64,000 nt of DNA from Patellaria atrata CBS 101060 (Eukaryota). Positions 38,519 through 53,389 of this stretch are shown one piece after another. The position numbers and the translations under genes were made by a program. The notes beneath the pieces were generated by a model, which ran no database searches, was not told where the DNA came from, and saw only the letters and a program-made list of their open reading frames with translations. Location: contig MU006111.1 of the NCBI GenBank assembly GCA_010093705.1, positions 186,001 through 250,000 of the forward strand. The letters run 5' to 3'. How positions within the stretch are numbered: the first letter of the stretch is position 1; each line of letters starts with the position of its first letter.

Positions 38519-39963
38519 ATGAATAAAACTTCATATCTACCTTTCGGCGACGATAGTACCCAGCGTATGTTCTCCAAGGCGAATTTTCCCATCTCCTGGA
38601 GCTCAATACCACCGCTCGTACCGCATAGATTACGCCGGAAATGGAGGGCCACAAAGTCCAAGTTACATAGCAGACAATCTCCCGCGGCGAACATCACCTC
38701 GTTGAACACCTCTTTCTCAGTTCAGGATACCTTGCGGTCACTGCGAACACATCAATGGTCATTCTACGATGGTCAATACTTTTTCCTCGCCGTTGTCGGT
38801 ATCTTCGCACTCTCCGTCATGGCAGCTCCAGGACCAATGGCAAAGACTTTCGTTGCAACACTATTGATGGCATCGCTTTGCTTACCAGTCACACGACAAT
38901 TCTTTCTACCATTCCTCCCAATTGCTGGATGGTTAATATTGTTCTATGCTTGCCAGTAAGTTTTCTCCTAGACTTAAGGTGGTCTAGGCGTCTGCCTAAC
39001 ACCATCCTGTCCGCTCCGCCACTGTACATGAATTTTGCTGATGTCTCCTCCACCAGGTTCATTTCTGGAGAATATCGACCTCCAATCTGGGTGCGGGTAT
39101 TGCCCGCCTTAGAAAATATTCTATACGGTGCAAACCTGAGCAATATTCTCTCCGCCCATAAAAGTACGACCCTAGATCTACTAGCTTGGCTACCATATGG
39201 AATATTTCACTATGGCGCACCTTTCGTGGTCGCTGGAATAGTCTTCATTTTCGGGCCTCCTGGATCTCTCCCAGTCTTTGCCCGTGCTTTCGGATACCAG
39301 AACATGGCCGGAGTTCTAATTCAGCTCTTCTTTCCATGCTCTCCACCCTGGTACGAAAACCTCTATGGACTTGCTCCTGCAAACTATTCCATCCACGGTG
39401 ATGCTGCTGGGCTTAAGGCCATTGACCAATTCTTTGGCATCGATCTATATACCTCTGCGTTTAGGGCATCTCCCATGGTCTTCGGCGCATTCCCTTCCCT
39501 ACATTCCGCATTCACAACGCTAGAAGCACTCTTCCTTAGCCACTTATTCCCAAGATTGAGACCGCTCTTCTTTTTCTACGTCTTCTGGCTCTGGTGGACG
39601 ACAATGTACCTCTCGCATCATTACGCAGTGGATCTTGTGGGTGGCAGTCTCCTCGCAGCTGTGATATTTTTTTTCTCCAAAGCGCACTTTCTACCTCAAG
39701 TTCAGATGGACAAGACCTTCCGCTGGGATTATGATTACACTGAAATTGGAGAACCTAAAGATCCATTGGCGTACACTATCAATGACTTCTACGAGGAGTT
39801 TCACCCCACATCGGATAGCGATGAATGGACCATTGGCTCCTCATCCTCATACTCCGCTGGCGCAAGAAGTCCATCTTCTGGACCAAGGAGTCCCATTGAT
39901 GACACCGGATCATCTTGGGAAGGAGACACCTTAGCCTCTCACTCAGACCACGAATACCGCTAA
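38519..39963 (+). CDS. AUR1: Inositol phosphorylceramide synthase (aureobasidin A resistance protein)
   Basis: RPPIWVRVLPALENILYGANLS, FPCSPPWYEN, FGAFPSLHS and MYLSHHYAVDLVGG. Intron 38956-39056. Confidence 0.96.
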
Positions 39964-41135
39964 ATTACCAATATCACATATCCGGATACCAACCTCGCCC
40001 TCTTACAATACGCAAACCTAATAGATCTCCTCCTTGATCCGTCATATTGAGAGACGGTCATCCAGATAAACTACAACTTCACGCGTTATGATCTATGCAT
40101 AGATGGGAGTTTGCTGCATTTCCAGCGACTATTTATAATCTTTCAACGTTCAATTCTTGCATTGTAAGCGAGTGGTTTCATTCACCATTCTTAGCATCTA
40201 TTCAGGATGCATCCGCTTCATTATTGCGTTCGCGGCCGTCTTATCAATTGTCCTGGCGTCTACACCGTCCCCTAAAACCGCGCTGTACGCTTCTTTTGGA
40301 CAAAGACTACTCGCACTTGGACGAACCCGCTATCCGCTCGCGCGGGCTATTCGGGCTTTCACTTTTCTGGTACCCAATTGTAATAAGGGACGTTTGAGAG
40401 CGTTTATCCTTTCTTCTTCAGCTGCTTCTCATGATACCCAGACCTGTCGCTTCTATAAACTTTTTGCTTTTGGATTGTATATACCACATTCGCTTTGCAT
40501 CGGCCATGGCTATGGCTACCCTAGGGGTAAGGGAAGAAAGGGAAAGAACAAGGGAGGTGTTAAGGGATGCAATTGCTGCACCGCGGTTTGTGGGTGCGGT
40601 TTGCAGTATGATATGTTTTGTGTGAATATTGTTGGTGGGATGGAGAGACGGATACGGGACCTGAGATGTATGCTGAAAAGCAAAAGATGGGCTATAGCCT
40701 GCGTAACTTTGTTCTGCGCATCGGCTTCGATGGGTGGTGTAGTTAATTATTAATAATACTAATATTGATGCCTGCGAAGGTTTTGAAAGACTCTTCCGGT
40801 GTCCTTGCTCTGCTCCATTGTCCAAAATGCGTAAATCTTTTTAAATTTTTTTTAAAATTTTTTTGGGTGAAGCGGACCGATAAGATCATAGAACCGTAGA
40901 ATATTCTACGTTGATTTATTTAGTCGACGATGTAAACAGAATCTGCATTATCACTGCAAACTCTTCCAATAACTGCACTAGCCAGTTCAGACAGGAGAGC
41001 AGCATTCGTGCACAGAGCACTTGAAGGGCTCGGCTCGGTCCGACATATTTTCCATCTTAAATATCTGCCATGTTCAAAACTTTTTAAACGGTCTCAAGCT
41101 AACAACAAACGAATTGTCTAAACCTTACTCTCAAG

Positions 41136-44100
41136 ATGTCTAGAAAAAGAAGAAGAGAGGTCGAAGAAGAAGTAGATGATGATACTGCTCGCGCAAAACG
41201 CCAATTTACCGGCGAGGATGCTCAACTCGCAAAGATTTATCAAAACCTCGCAAATGAGATCCGGGAGACTCGGAATCAAGCCGCAAAAGACCTTTTGGGC
41301 ATTCTCTCACCCCAAGGTCAAACAGATCTAGATACCAGGAAGAAAGCCATCATTAGGTTAATCAAGGGACTCTGTAGTAGTCGTAAAGCGGCTAGACCAG
41401 GTTTCTTCGTTGCACTGACTGAGTTTTTACGCCAGCAGTTTGGGGAAAGGTCACGGCGGTCTGAGAGCCTTGAGATGACTGTTGATGATGTGATTGAGCT
41501 TGTTAAACAGTGTACGCAACCTGGGGGTGATGGTAAAGTTACGAATCAGGTCAGTAACCTATACATTGCTATGGGCAGCAAAACTAATATATAATAGGAA
41601 AAACGAGATCATTTATTAGGCCGTCTCTTCGGATTCAAAGCTATCATGCTCTCTTCGATAGTTGTTGATGTCTCGTCTTTCATTAAGATCCTTGATCAGA
41701 TGTATGAGAACGCGCTCAAGCATCCATGGATTCGCCAGGAGAGTGGGAAGGTGCTCTGCGAAACTCTCGAAACCCTAGGTTTTGATCAAGTTGAATTTGC
41801 TACTGAAATTGTCAGGAGATTAGACAAGTTAGCGAAGACACCTGAAGGTGTCGCTATCTGGCTTACCGCTCGTTCTAAATTTCCTCGGATACAATTTCCC
41901 GAAAAAGTCTGGAGAAGGAACGATCCTTTGTATTATAAAGAGAGAAGTAATCTTGGTAATATCCTGAAAGAGAACTTCAAAGATACATCCAATGTTACAG
42001 AAGTCAATGCTAGAAAACTACAATCCGGTGCTGCAAAACCGACGATGAACTTTTCTTGGGAAGTGGTGATTAGAAATGTGATCCAGAATGATGAAGCAGA
42101 CGGTGTTCCCGAAGACGGTCATCCCCCGGAAGACAGCAAGTTCCATGGGTTCTGGACCGAAGTTGTGGATCAAGGTTTATTTTCTACTACATCAACGGAT
42201 GAGAGAAAGTCGTGGGGCTTCCAGTTATTCCAAGATGTCATCTCTACAGGACCCGCGTGGATATTTCATGTGATCTTCTCTCCAAACTTAATGCGAAGTC
42301 TCATCAACCATAGCAAAGATTCTAACCGGTACCATCACCAGGCGGCGCGTAATTCACTTCAGACTCTCCAGTATCGGGTTAAGAGAGAAGGTTGTCTGGC
42401 GTACGCAGTTGTTAAAGCATTGATATCCGAGAATGGATCCATGGAGTTAGATCAGATCACCAAAACCAAGACACTTGAGACCTTGCTAAGTGTCGCTGAC
42501 GCTGAAGCCGCGGGTAAGATAATCTTCGACTTCCATAAGCGGTTTCTCTTTCCTGAAGCCGAAAACGAACAATCAACTGCGAATGTTAGGCGAATAATAG
42601 CAGATTTGATGGTTTCTGCCGCTCGTTCCAGCCCTTCGTCTGCGATACAGAAGGAGTGGGCGCAACGAATTTCAGGAATATTCGCCAGTCTTGCATTCTT
42701 CAATTTCGATAATGTACTCTCGAAAGGCTCCCCCATGTCGTCCATTCCCGAAAAAACACGGACTATGTTAGAAACTAGGTTGAACTCGCTCTTGTCGTAC
42801 GTTATGTCTGCAAAATTCGATCCTCAATATGACATTCCTTGCTCCGTTGTTTATAGTATTAAGAAAATCAAAAAGACGGATGGCCCACCTCTAGTGTTAA
42901 ATGCTGATAAGGATGTTCTAAAATCCCTAAAACGAGCACACAAAAAATTAGAGGAAATCAATAAACTAGTAAGTATATATTTCGATCATACTTGGATAAA
43001 AGCTAATTTTCTCAGACGCTCCCCAAATCTAAAGTGGCGGAGGAAAAGAAAGCTCAACTACTTGCTTTTAAGTTAGCCTACTCACTAGTTATCCTCGAAA
43101 TATATGGTGGGAATGCAGAAGCAGTTTCTATATCTCAAGACTTAGACACGGCGTGCTCTTCCATCAGCGGCGAGGAAGAATCAGCAAGTGAAGCTTGGGC
43201 AATTCTACTCGAACTCATCCTTAGTTTTGGCTCCAGGCGGTCCCAGTTGGCTCGCAAGCTTGCCGAGGAATTATTCACCACATTTGTATCCCACTGGAGT
43301 CCGGAAAACATCAAATCCCTCCTCGAAGTGCTCGAAGAGGAAGCAGAAGACGCCTTCGAGAAACAAGATGAAGGCTCAGGTCTCGATGAAGAAAGTGAAG
43401 AAGGCTCCAGATCTAGCAGCGGTTCCAGCTCCGAAGCAGATTCCGACAGCAACATCTCAGAGGACGAAGACATGGAAAATGAAGATGAACTAGCCACCCT
43501 CAATGCATCCCTCGCTAAATCATCGGGCATTGCTGCCCTCGCGGTCCCTTCTGACTCCGATTCCGAACGCTCACTCTCCGACCAAGACGACGAGCAAATG
43601 CTCGCCCAGGAGCCGGCGATGGCGAACTTCATGCGCGCCATCATCAATGCGCAAGATGAGCGCAAGGCCAAACAGGCGGAGAAAAAGGAGGCCAAGCAGA
43701 TGATGTCGAATCTGAAGAACAGGGTCCTGGATCTGCTATTCATTTACGTCAAGAAGCAACCGAGCAGCACGACAGCGTTGGAGCTTGTCATGCCGCTTTT
43801 GAGATTCGTGAGGGACGCGAGGAACCCGCAGCACGCAGAGAAAGCCGCTGGCGTGCTGAGGAAGTACTTCGATGATGCCAAGGGCAAGAATTTACCGTTT
43901 GTTGAGCAGGAAGCGGGTATGCGATTGTTGAGGAATGTGCACGAGGCTGCGCTCAAGGGGGGCAGCAAGAGGTTTGAGAGCGTGTGTGGTAGGGCCAGTT
44001 TGTTCGCCGCGAGGATACTGATGGCGAGGGATGAGGCTAGTTACGAGAGAGTCGAGGAGGTGTATGCGGAGACTAGGATGGAGTGTAGGAAGGCTCTTAA

Positions 44101-44164
44101 GCCGAAGGTGCCGTTGCACTTCTTTGTCGATTGGATTAATTCGAGTGTTTATCGGGGAAATTGA
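41136..44164 (+). CDS. POL5: DNA polymerase phi / Pol5 (MYBBP1A-like ribosome biogenesis factor)
   Basis: RLIKGLCSSRKAARPGFFVALTE, LAKTPEGVAIWL, ERKSWGFQLF, IFSPNLMRSLINH, DQITKTKT and KNRVLDLL. Two introns. Confidence 0.9.
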
Positions 44165-45149
44165 GGTGGGGGGAGTTCCTCTTCGTTGATGGTCTCGTGT
44201 CTAGGTAGAAGCTATATGTACGTACTTTGTACAGCACTGTTATACCCTCAAGATATCCGTCATCCCATCAAAGCCACTTCGGTCTCGTTTCAACGCAGAT
44301 ATGAGGGGGCTTCCTCTCTGGTGTCCTGTCCCCGTGATTTTAACACGGACCTGACCATGCGGTTTCCATCCTGACTATCGACGCGCGCGATTCAATCAAC
44401 AAACGAATAGATCGCCGACTCCATCCCTAACATCCAAACTTCACCACCCTCCCCAAATAAATCCCGTCGCGTGAATAGCACACAGCCACCCCAAACTTCC
44501 CACACAAAACACAAACCAGAAGCGGACCTGCTCTATATATGATCCACACCGTCCGCACACCCTACAAATCAGCCTATTTGCAGAAACCTGCACCTGGAAA
44601 CCTTACTGTCTTTATACCTCTGTGTCTATCCCGTACCGGGGCGTACCGGGCCGTGAAATTCTTTTTTTTTTTTTTTAGTAATTTGTTAGCAGTGTGCTGG
44701 GTGCGAAGACATTCTTACTGCTTGGGAAATCCCCTTATATACATCAGAGTACACTGGAACTCCCACGCTCAAGGTATGAGGTGCTGCAGTCACCAACCTG
44801 CTTTAGCTTCCCTGGTATATGTATATCTGGCACGGAGATACGAGATAAGCGGTGGCGAGGCTTGCTTCTCCTTAGGGTGATTCACCAAGGGGGTATTGAA
44901 CCTCGCGTGGAGTCCTCACTGCAGCTGCATGAACTCTGCTCCTCAGACGTAAACGACGATCCATGATCTCACACTTATCCCGCACAATTTCGAAGAACGG
45001 ATCTATTACTCTGTAGGGGATATATTACCTTACACTCCCCCAATAGCAATCAACGACAAAATATCTCGCCCAAATTCTAGCCATTTCATTAGTATCCCCT
45101 ATCCCCAAGATGAGCATGATACGCCGAGTGTCCCAAGCAGCCGAAACCC

Positions 45150-48100
45150 CTACGCGCCCGACACCTCAGTCCCAGCTCCAGTACTCCTGCTCCTCTGCCC
45201 ACTGAGCTGCGCCTCCTCCCACCCGTGCTCCGCCCTCCCCATCCTAACAACATCCTCGCCCTCATCCCCCCTAACAAACGTCCAGCTCTCCTCGCCCTCC
45301 TCCAGCTCCTCGGCCGCGGCATGCTCGCCCGCCTTCGCCTTCTTCCTCACCAGCGTGCGCGCATACTCCAAATCGCGCCAGATCGTCTGAACCGCGACGC
45401 CGACCCCATCCTCGGACCTGATCTTCTCGCCCAAAATGCGCGCCTTAGCGATCATGCGTCCGGAGTGTGTGGCCTCCCAGATGGCGCGCGCGAAGACCGA
45501 GGTATTGAGTTTCTTCATGCAGATACCGACGCCAAGGTTCTCGACTCTCGAGCCGAAGAAGAACTGGTCGCCGAAGAAGGGTTTGATGATGGTGGGGATG
45601 CCGGCGCGGAGGCTGGCGCCCGTGGTTCCGGCGCCGCCATGGTGGACCGCTGCGTCGATCTGTTTGAAGAGCCAGTCGTGCGGTGCAGATTTGATTTGGA
45701 GGATGTCGGGTGGAAGGGGGATTTCGGGCGCGTTGGCGTCTTTTTTGCCGAGACGGTCGGACCAGCCTTTTGAGAGGATGCAGCAGACGTCGGCTTTGAG
45801 GACGGAGTCGACAACGGTTTGGGTGAGGGCGGCTGGGTCCTCAACCACGATGGAGCCGAAGCCGATGTACACCAATTTCTTGCCGTCGGCGCGGGCCCGT
45901 GTGATGAAGGAAGTCAGTACTTCGTCCGGGGCCCAGTCGGTGCCCTCGTCGAGGAACCAGTATCCCGTGATGCGGATCCAGTCGCTGTAGTCTAGGGGTG
46001 GTGCCACGACACTGGGACTGAAATTGTATAAGAAGGGTACTTTGTTAGGTTGCATTTTATCGAGAGTCGTGTCGGGCAGTGCTAGCTCTTTGTTGCGCCA
46101 GCGGTTCACTTGACCTGAGATCGCTTGCCAAAAGAAGTTGTCGAAGAGTATGTAGGTGCTGTAGTTCCAGAACCCACCCATCCTCCGCTCCGAGCCTAGG
46201 AAAGCGTGAGGATATGCACGAGTCCTGGTCCATGGCATGGTGAAGGCGCGGAAATAAGGAATTTGGAGCGCTTCAGCAATATGAATGCCTCCCATAGCAC
46301 TAGGACTCTCGATCAGGAGGTCACTACCTTGGCATGCTCTCCACGAGGAGCTCAGTAACTCATCAATCCAACCACGAAACTAAAACATAGTTAGTGATGT
46401 CTATTCCTCGAAGATATGCGTTCACGATTACATACCTTCGAAGTTGCCTCTTTCATGAAATTGACAGTAAACATGCCGTTCTCGACGCAGATTCGCATCA
46501 ACTCGGCAGGGTCACCATCAACAAGGGCAAATTCGATACCATGCTTTTCTATCCACGGTTGGAACTCTGCGTGCGTCGCTATTCGTGGTTTGTGGCCGTC
46601 TGCTAAGAGCCGCTTACATAATGCGATGTACGGTTGTACATCTCCTCTTGAGCCAATCGTGAGACATGTGATTCTCATCGATTCTTGCGGATGGAAGTCG
46701 ACGATAGAAGCGTGCGGATCGTCGAAGAAGATCGTATCTTCAGGATTGTCAGCAATAAAGCAATAATCGGAATCAATATCCGTACCACTCTTAGCGACTG
46801 GCTGCATTACTCCTGTCTCTTCATCGGGGTATTGCTCTCCTAGCCGGGCCTCTTCTAACATTCTATTCTCTGCGCGTGCGATATCAGCTTGCAACTTTTC
46901 TTCTTTGCTTAGCAAGCCTGATTCTTCCATCTTTTCAATGATGTCGAGACCTCTCAGCACAGTAATTGTACAGTCGTCTCGAACAGAGGTTCTACTAAAC
47001 TCGAAGAATAGTTCTTCATGACCGCGTATTGTAACTACCATACCGCAATATCCGGGTCTAAAACCCTTCTCCTTCGTGACGTTCTCTATATCTATTAGTG
47101 GTAGTACAAGCTTCGTCCGAGTACCAATAAGTAGACTTCTGAAGCAGAAATACTTGGTGCTGATATATATTTTTCCATAGAGAGGTAGGACCCGCTGCAA
47201 ACTTCCAAAGAAGGTCGCGTGGAGAGTCTCAGTCTCCGGAAGTGCGAAGTGTGACCTGAATCGGTCTCCGTGTGTCGCTTCATTTGCCTCATCGTCTGGG
47301 TCCATTATTTGATCGTCTGGGGCTAGACCGTCGGCGGTTCCATAATGTTTCCTACCTCCAGCCCACATTCCAGAGACTTTCTCAAAGTACCCCATAGACT
47401 CTGTAGCCAACATCGTGCTCATTCTCCTCGTATTATCCTTGAGATAGCCCGCTAAATCAGCAGCTTTGGTTAGCGGATAAGCACCAGCAGCAACCAGATC
47501 CTGCACAGTGGAAGAATCTTTCCGCCCGATCTGATGTAGCCGGGGAGGCACACCGTCCTTTTGTTCGGGTGTATCATGTGTTGCCTCATTCGTCTTTTCT
47601 TCAACGGTACTGGCTTGTCTAAAGGACTGCTCTCCGAATGATCGAAGTTCCTCCTCCCATTTACTAACGGGATCTGCGGCTGGAGGTTTCCTACCTCTCT
47701 CAAGGTCTTTAATAGTTGGTGCATAGAACAGATCACTTCGATGTAATATTTGGCTTGCTGAGCCGCCCGATTCATCCAGAGACTGTACCACAGCTGAGAA
47801 TTCAGTCTCACGATCCACAGATGTCGTTGGGGAATCGGGCGAACCGTGAGCTTTAAGAGTCAAAGGGAACTTATCACCCCTTTGTCGTGCAGCTCTACTT
47901 CTACTCCTGCTGATGCTCTTACCACTCCTGTCGCGTGAACCAAATCTCTGAATTTCTCGGCTCAATTCCATACTCCTACGACTTACTTCAAAGCTCGAGC
48001 GTCGGGATTCATAACTCACTCGTCGGGGTATCCCACCTGGTGATATAGGAGACAATGTTGAGCGCACATGCTCGAGCGGGGGTATAGATTGGGTATTGAT

Positions 48101-49681
48101 ATCCAAATGCGCTGCTGAGATAGGTTTTGCTGACTGACTCCTACGTTTGGTGTGACGGGGAGATAGCGGTGGGCTCTTCTCTATCCTAGGCGAATTAGGT
48201 TGGCTGCCAGGTTTCTGCATTCCATTTCCCTCGACTAGAATGGTAAGAATATTCCTAGCTTCTTCTCCAAACGTAAAAAACGAAAATGAGTACTAAGAAA
48301 GTTATTATCGTTAGGTTTAGACCGATAGTATGGAACTTACCTCGTCAACCGAGAAATCACCGTCGCTCTCCAAGACCCTCAGTTTCACGGTATCAGCGTA
48401 TCCAAGGGATGCATTCTCCTCTATATCAATAACATTATTAATTGGAAGGCATATCTTTACGCTATCACCTTCATTGCGCGATCTGAATATGACCTTTTGA
48501 AGAGCGTAAACCCAAGCTTTTGCACTCGATGCGCTATCAGCTTTGAAGTGATGAGTTCTGTCATGAAGCTCGATGGAGAAGCTTGTTAGCTCTTTCGACC
48601 TGTCCTTCTCAACTAGGGTAGCAGAGATTCCATTCTTTAAATCTATACTGCCTGATCGGAAGTAGGGTTCGTTCGGATCGGTATAATATGACAGTACATC
48701 CCCTTTCAGTACAAACCAGTATCGATTGTATGAAAGGGTTTGACGCCCTCGTTTCGCTAGGTAGCCCGATTTACTAACCTCATTCTATTTGTAATCAGTA
48801 TGAGATATTGTACATAGCAAAAGATCCGATACGTACAATCTTTTTAGGGAGATACGCATAGAAACAAATATGCTTCTGGGTAATGTACATTGTCCCTGAT
48901 AATAGTACAGTCTGGAGAAGGTAGCATGGAAATTCTAGCTGCGTCAGTTACATCCACGAGTTTGAGGATAACTACTCAACTTACCAGATATAACGTCCTC
49001 GACTGTCTCAAACTCGAAAACTTGTTTCAGTCGTTGAGCGAGTTTTGCCGGCTGAGATAGCTTAGACCCGAAAGTTATACTTTCCCTCCTATTCCGGTCT
49101 GTATCTTGGTCACTACCTGAGTCTGTCTCTACTGGACTTCTCACAGCGTGCGTCTTGTGCGTAGCTGCTGTGGGCGGAACTTTCTTGATAGTATCTGTGG
49201 ATGGTCGAGGAGGAAGAATTTGCGATGAGGACATGACATCCTCCTCTTCAAGATGTTTCTTGGTTTTCGAAGAGCCCACGCGTAATCTAGGTATAGATCT
49301 GAAAAGCTTGTGCTCTGATAACCTCTTCTTGTGTTTCTTTGCTTTCTCTGATGGACTACTATCGAGTTGTACGTCCTCCTTACCCCGTAGACGCGGGAGG
49401 TGGAGACTTTGAGTAACTTGTTCATCTTCGCTTGATGCATTGTCGAGTATAGACTCCGTCTTTTCTCTCTCTTTAGAAGCGACACCAGCTTGTGATATGA
49501 CCTGGAATATGGGTTGATTCATATATCGCGTCTCGGAACGCTTGGGAGCAGTAACATCGTCGTCGACATCATCCCCATATTTCAGTCTCTCAGGTATATC
49601 CATAGATCTTCTTGGTAGATTGGTTTTCCTCTTTGTCAATTTGCGCCCAAGGTTTTCTCTGAGATTATGCTCGGAGGACAT
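45150..49681 (-). CDS. ATG26: Sterol 3-beta-glucosyltransferase (GRAM, PH and UGT domains)
   Basis: [40 protein letters not shown] and KPFFGDQ; GRAM segment [21 protein letters not shown] exon [26 protein letters not shown]. Confidence 0.95.
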
Positions 49682-50575
49682 TGTTCGTGTACCGAGAGAA
49701 GGTGTCCGGGCGTCAGATGCAGGTATGTCGATGATTGTGTTGGCAAGTGAGACAAAAGTTATAAGACAAGGTGGACATCACATGCGAGGATGAGTTGAAG
49801 AGGACGCGGGTGAGAAAGCTTGGAGCATTTGGATCGAGAATGTATAGAACCAGTACGGGGCCACACACTCGTGAAGCAATAAGATATTTGGTTACATATT
49901 GAAAAGTTATCACTATCTTTGGTTAATATTCGAAATCTCCAGGTAACCAGCAAGCTACGGCGGGCCAGTGCTGTCACCAAGTCCAAGTCCGTACCCTGGA
50001 GGAGCTTTGTCGCTTACTTCAGCCATAATTCAGACCCTCAGCCCCATCCCGTCTCCCTTCACACTTTCACCACCAGCATTTCTTCATCAAAGAATAAGTC
50101 CATGACAATGCATTGCTGCACCTACTTTATTAATGGAATCAACGGCGCCCATTTCGAGTCGAAGATGGAGCAGACAAGCACAAAAAGACCGTTGACTTTT
50201 GGCCGTGAACTAGACCGCTTTTTGATCCGCTGCTACTGTACTGTACTTGGGTTCCCTGACTCTCCCCATACTGTAGGGCTGATCCCGCACTTCGGTGCTA
50301 TGATGGTGAATCATGGCAGCCTAACACTCTCAATCGGCTCCTGAACAACTTTCAATCATCGTCATTTCGTCCTTTTCATTCAAGCAATAGTCTCATACGC
50401 GTCTGATCACTCTATCACGGGCAAATCGCACCTATTCATCTGTTTTCTTTTCTCAAGTGACGTGCTGAATATTGTCATCCTTGGCATGGTTTTGTTCAGT
50501 TTCCATTGATGATTCATCAGTATTCATCTATGCCGACACCGCCATCTTATCGATTGTGATGCTCTCACCGGCAAG

Positions 50576-52858
50576 ATGCTGCGGATGAATAATCTCACTC
50601 CTTCCACCTTTACCAGCGGAGGTAATGGTAAAACTCCTAAAGATGTTCGCAAAATTCGCAAAAGACAACGCAAATGGCTCTCTTGTGAACCTTGCCATCG
50701 ACAGAAGGTTCGGTGTGACCGGGGAAAGCCATGTCAAAGATGTAAAGCTGCAGGTAGAGAAGATCAATGTATTTACGAGTCCGAAGGTACAAGTTCCAGT
50801 CTACTGAGCAGGGCAACGAGAGAGCTCGCAGAAGCGGTACCAGAGCAAGATGCTACACCTCCTTTCCCCAAACCCCTTATAATGTACCATAAGGGGAGGG
50901 CGAGGTACTATTCTCATTCACATTGGGCATGGCTATTCTTTGAGGTGATTTGTGCCCATTGATATACTCCACATATTTACTGACTCTCGTAGTTTGATGA
51001 ATTCAAGCAACAATTGCTCTGCAATGAGCCGGATTGCGAATGGAAGCCATTTGTAATGGAAATGAAATCATTGAAGAGAAACTTTCCAACTCGTCGAAGC
51101 AGAAACTACCCGTTTGGTGATCGAGTCGCGGAGCACTCCACTAGAGCCGAATTGATCGAAAATCTTCCGGATCCTTCTCTGGTGGAAAAGCTGGTCGACA
51201 ATTACATGGACACATTTGAGCGTACTCATCGATTGTTCCACAGACCCACATTTGAAAAGCAGCTCAAAGATTTCTGGCTTAATCCGACCGCTGTATCAGA
51301 TTCGTGGCTGTCAGCTTTGTTTATGATGCTAGCTTTAAGCTGCCATTCTTGCCCAGTTTCTATGCTCGCCGGTATAGGCAAAACGAGGGACTGTCTCGTA
51401 GAAGTACTCGTTGACGCGGCGGAACTCGCTCTTGTGCGAACTCCTTTCATGTTTAAGCCTACTTTGGATATTCTGAGATCGCTGTGCATGATGGTACTCG
51501 CCAAAGAGATCAACATCATCAGCTTCAAGGATGAAGACAACGTATGGACACTCATGGGTTTTATTGAACGACTTGCCATGTCCATGTTTGTTCATATGAA
51601 TCCATATAAATTCCTAGGAATGCCGACATTCGAGGCGGAGATGAGGAGACGGGTCTGGACGACAATTATGTTTCTGATGATGCAAATTGCTATTGATTCT
51701 GGAATGCCGTTAGTGATTAAACACTCAGATTTCGATGCCGGACCACCTTCAAATATTGACGAGGATGAGCTTCAGTTTGTTGACAATTTCAGACCTGGCA
51801 CATCGTTTCCTTCGGTCTTTGAAATCGGTCCAATGGAGCCTGTTATTCAAGCCAGAGACCTAAGCGAATTCACGGAATCATCTTTCCAGATCAGGCTGGT
51901 TCAGACATTTCCCAGGGTCGCCGCCATCGTACGGCGAGTCAATGACATATCTCCAAACATGGAATACACCAAGGTGCTAGGACACGATATAGAAATCCGC
52001 AAACTCTTAAGAGACCTCCCTCGCTTATTTGACAACTCTGGGGAATTGGGGATTGGGAATGGCAAACCGCAGTGGGCCAAACTGCAGCAAATAGCGCTTG
52101 AAATGCTCCTACGACGCGCGCTTCTAACTCTCCACCAGCCATTCGACGTCGACCCTCAAAAGTGGCCAAGGTACCAGACTTCTCGCTGGGCAATCCTTGA
52201 ATGCTCCTTAGCACTTCTGAATCTTCAACGGGAACTCTATGGCGACGGCGCCACACCATCACCTTTCGAATGGGTTGGCGAACTATTCGGAGGTCACTTC
52301 CGCATAGCAGTGATCTACGTGATGCTAGGGCTGCGACGGGGCGACTTTTCCGACACACCAGACCAGTTTTCCCAACAGCCTACCCACCAGACAGCATGGG
52401 AAGCCGTCCGCGCCTGCGCCGACATATTTTCTCGCACTATAACCAAATCCGTCAGCCATTACAAGATGTACACGGGATTAACGGCCATGATGGCGGTTTG
52501 CCAGTGCGTAGATGCTGGAGAACCCTCTCATATCAACAGTGCGCTGAGATCCGCTTCCTCGCACGTGAAAATGGTCGTGGAACAGGCTTTCGGCGTCTCC
52601 ACTTCGACATCTTCGAACACATCCGAAGCACAATTACACACTCCTGCCTCAAACGTGGTCGAGGAGAGCTCTAGAGATATGTATCCCAACACGCTTCTAA
52701 ACGAGAACGCATTCTTGATCGAGCCGACAGTTGGCAATGCGCAAGAATTCGACGGCCGACTGGGAAATTTTGTAAGTTGTTCCTGTCTGCATACGTATTG
52801 CCAGCTAACATCAGAATAGCCATTCGATATAGATGAGCTGCTGATGGATCTCTTCTGA
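50576..52858 (+). CDS. Zn(II)2Cys6 transcription factor with fungal-specific TF (middle homology) domain
   Basis: SCEPCHRQKVRCDRGKPCQRC..C cluster and EAEMRRRVWTTI. Introns about 50945-50991 and about 52771-52819; the last exon is less certain. Confidence 0.9.
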
Positions 52859-53389
52859 GATCGATAATGAACGAAACGACTGTCACATCTCCATCCAGAC
52901 GAACCCTCTTTCACTCAACTCATGCTAGACGGTAATGTGTAAAGTACCCCTGAACCGAAAGATCTCTACTCAATTTACGCCGCTTATAATGGCATTGTAT
53001 AAACTTGTATATACTTAGAACACTGTACGATATATCTACTCCAAGAAAATGTGAAACAAGCTATTTATATCTTTCAGTAAATCTACTTAGTGTACTCATT
53101 CTATCCAGTTCAACACCCAGCGCGCTTCAGTCTTCCAGGTTTATCGCCAACCAACTTATTCAACCCAGGCATGTTCATAGAATAAGCAACTCTTTGAACT
53201 ATTACCACGACAGCGCTGGACATGGCAGCGACAGCTTCCCTCTAGAGCTGCTGGGAGAGGGAGGGCGACGTAATGGGTTCGTAAAAGCTTTCGTGGGCGG
53301 GAGATGGGGGAATAACTTTAGTCAATATTATACTGTTAAGACGCGACTACCGGTGACGATCACTAAAGTAGTGATGTCGGTTTTTTCTT

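Noticed and set aside
40095..40825. 198-aa, 135-aa and 100-aa ORFs after AUR1
   Set aside because: Mostly non-ATG starts and no motifs; they lie in the likely 3' UTR or intergenic DNA.
43135..43743. 202-aa minus-strand Ser-rich ORF
   Set aside because: Antisense to the acidic region of POL5.
44880..44910. GGTTCAATACC B-box-like word on the minus strand
   Set aside because: No T stem, A box or acceptor stem around it.
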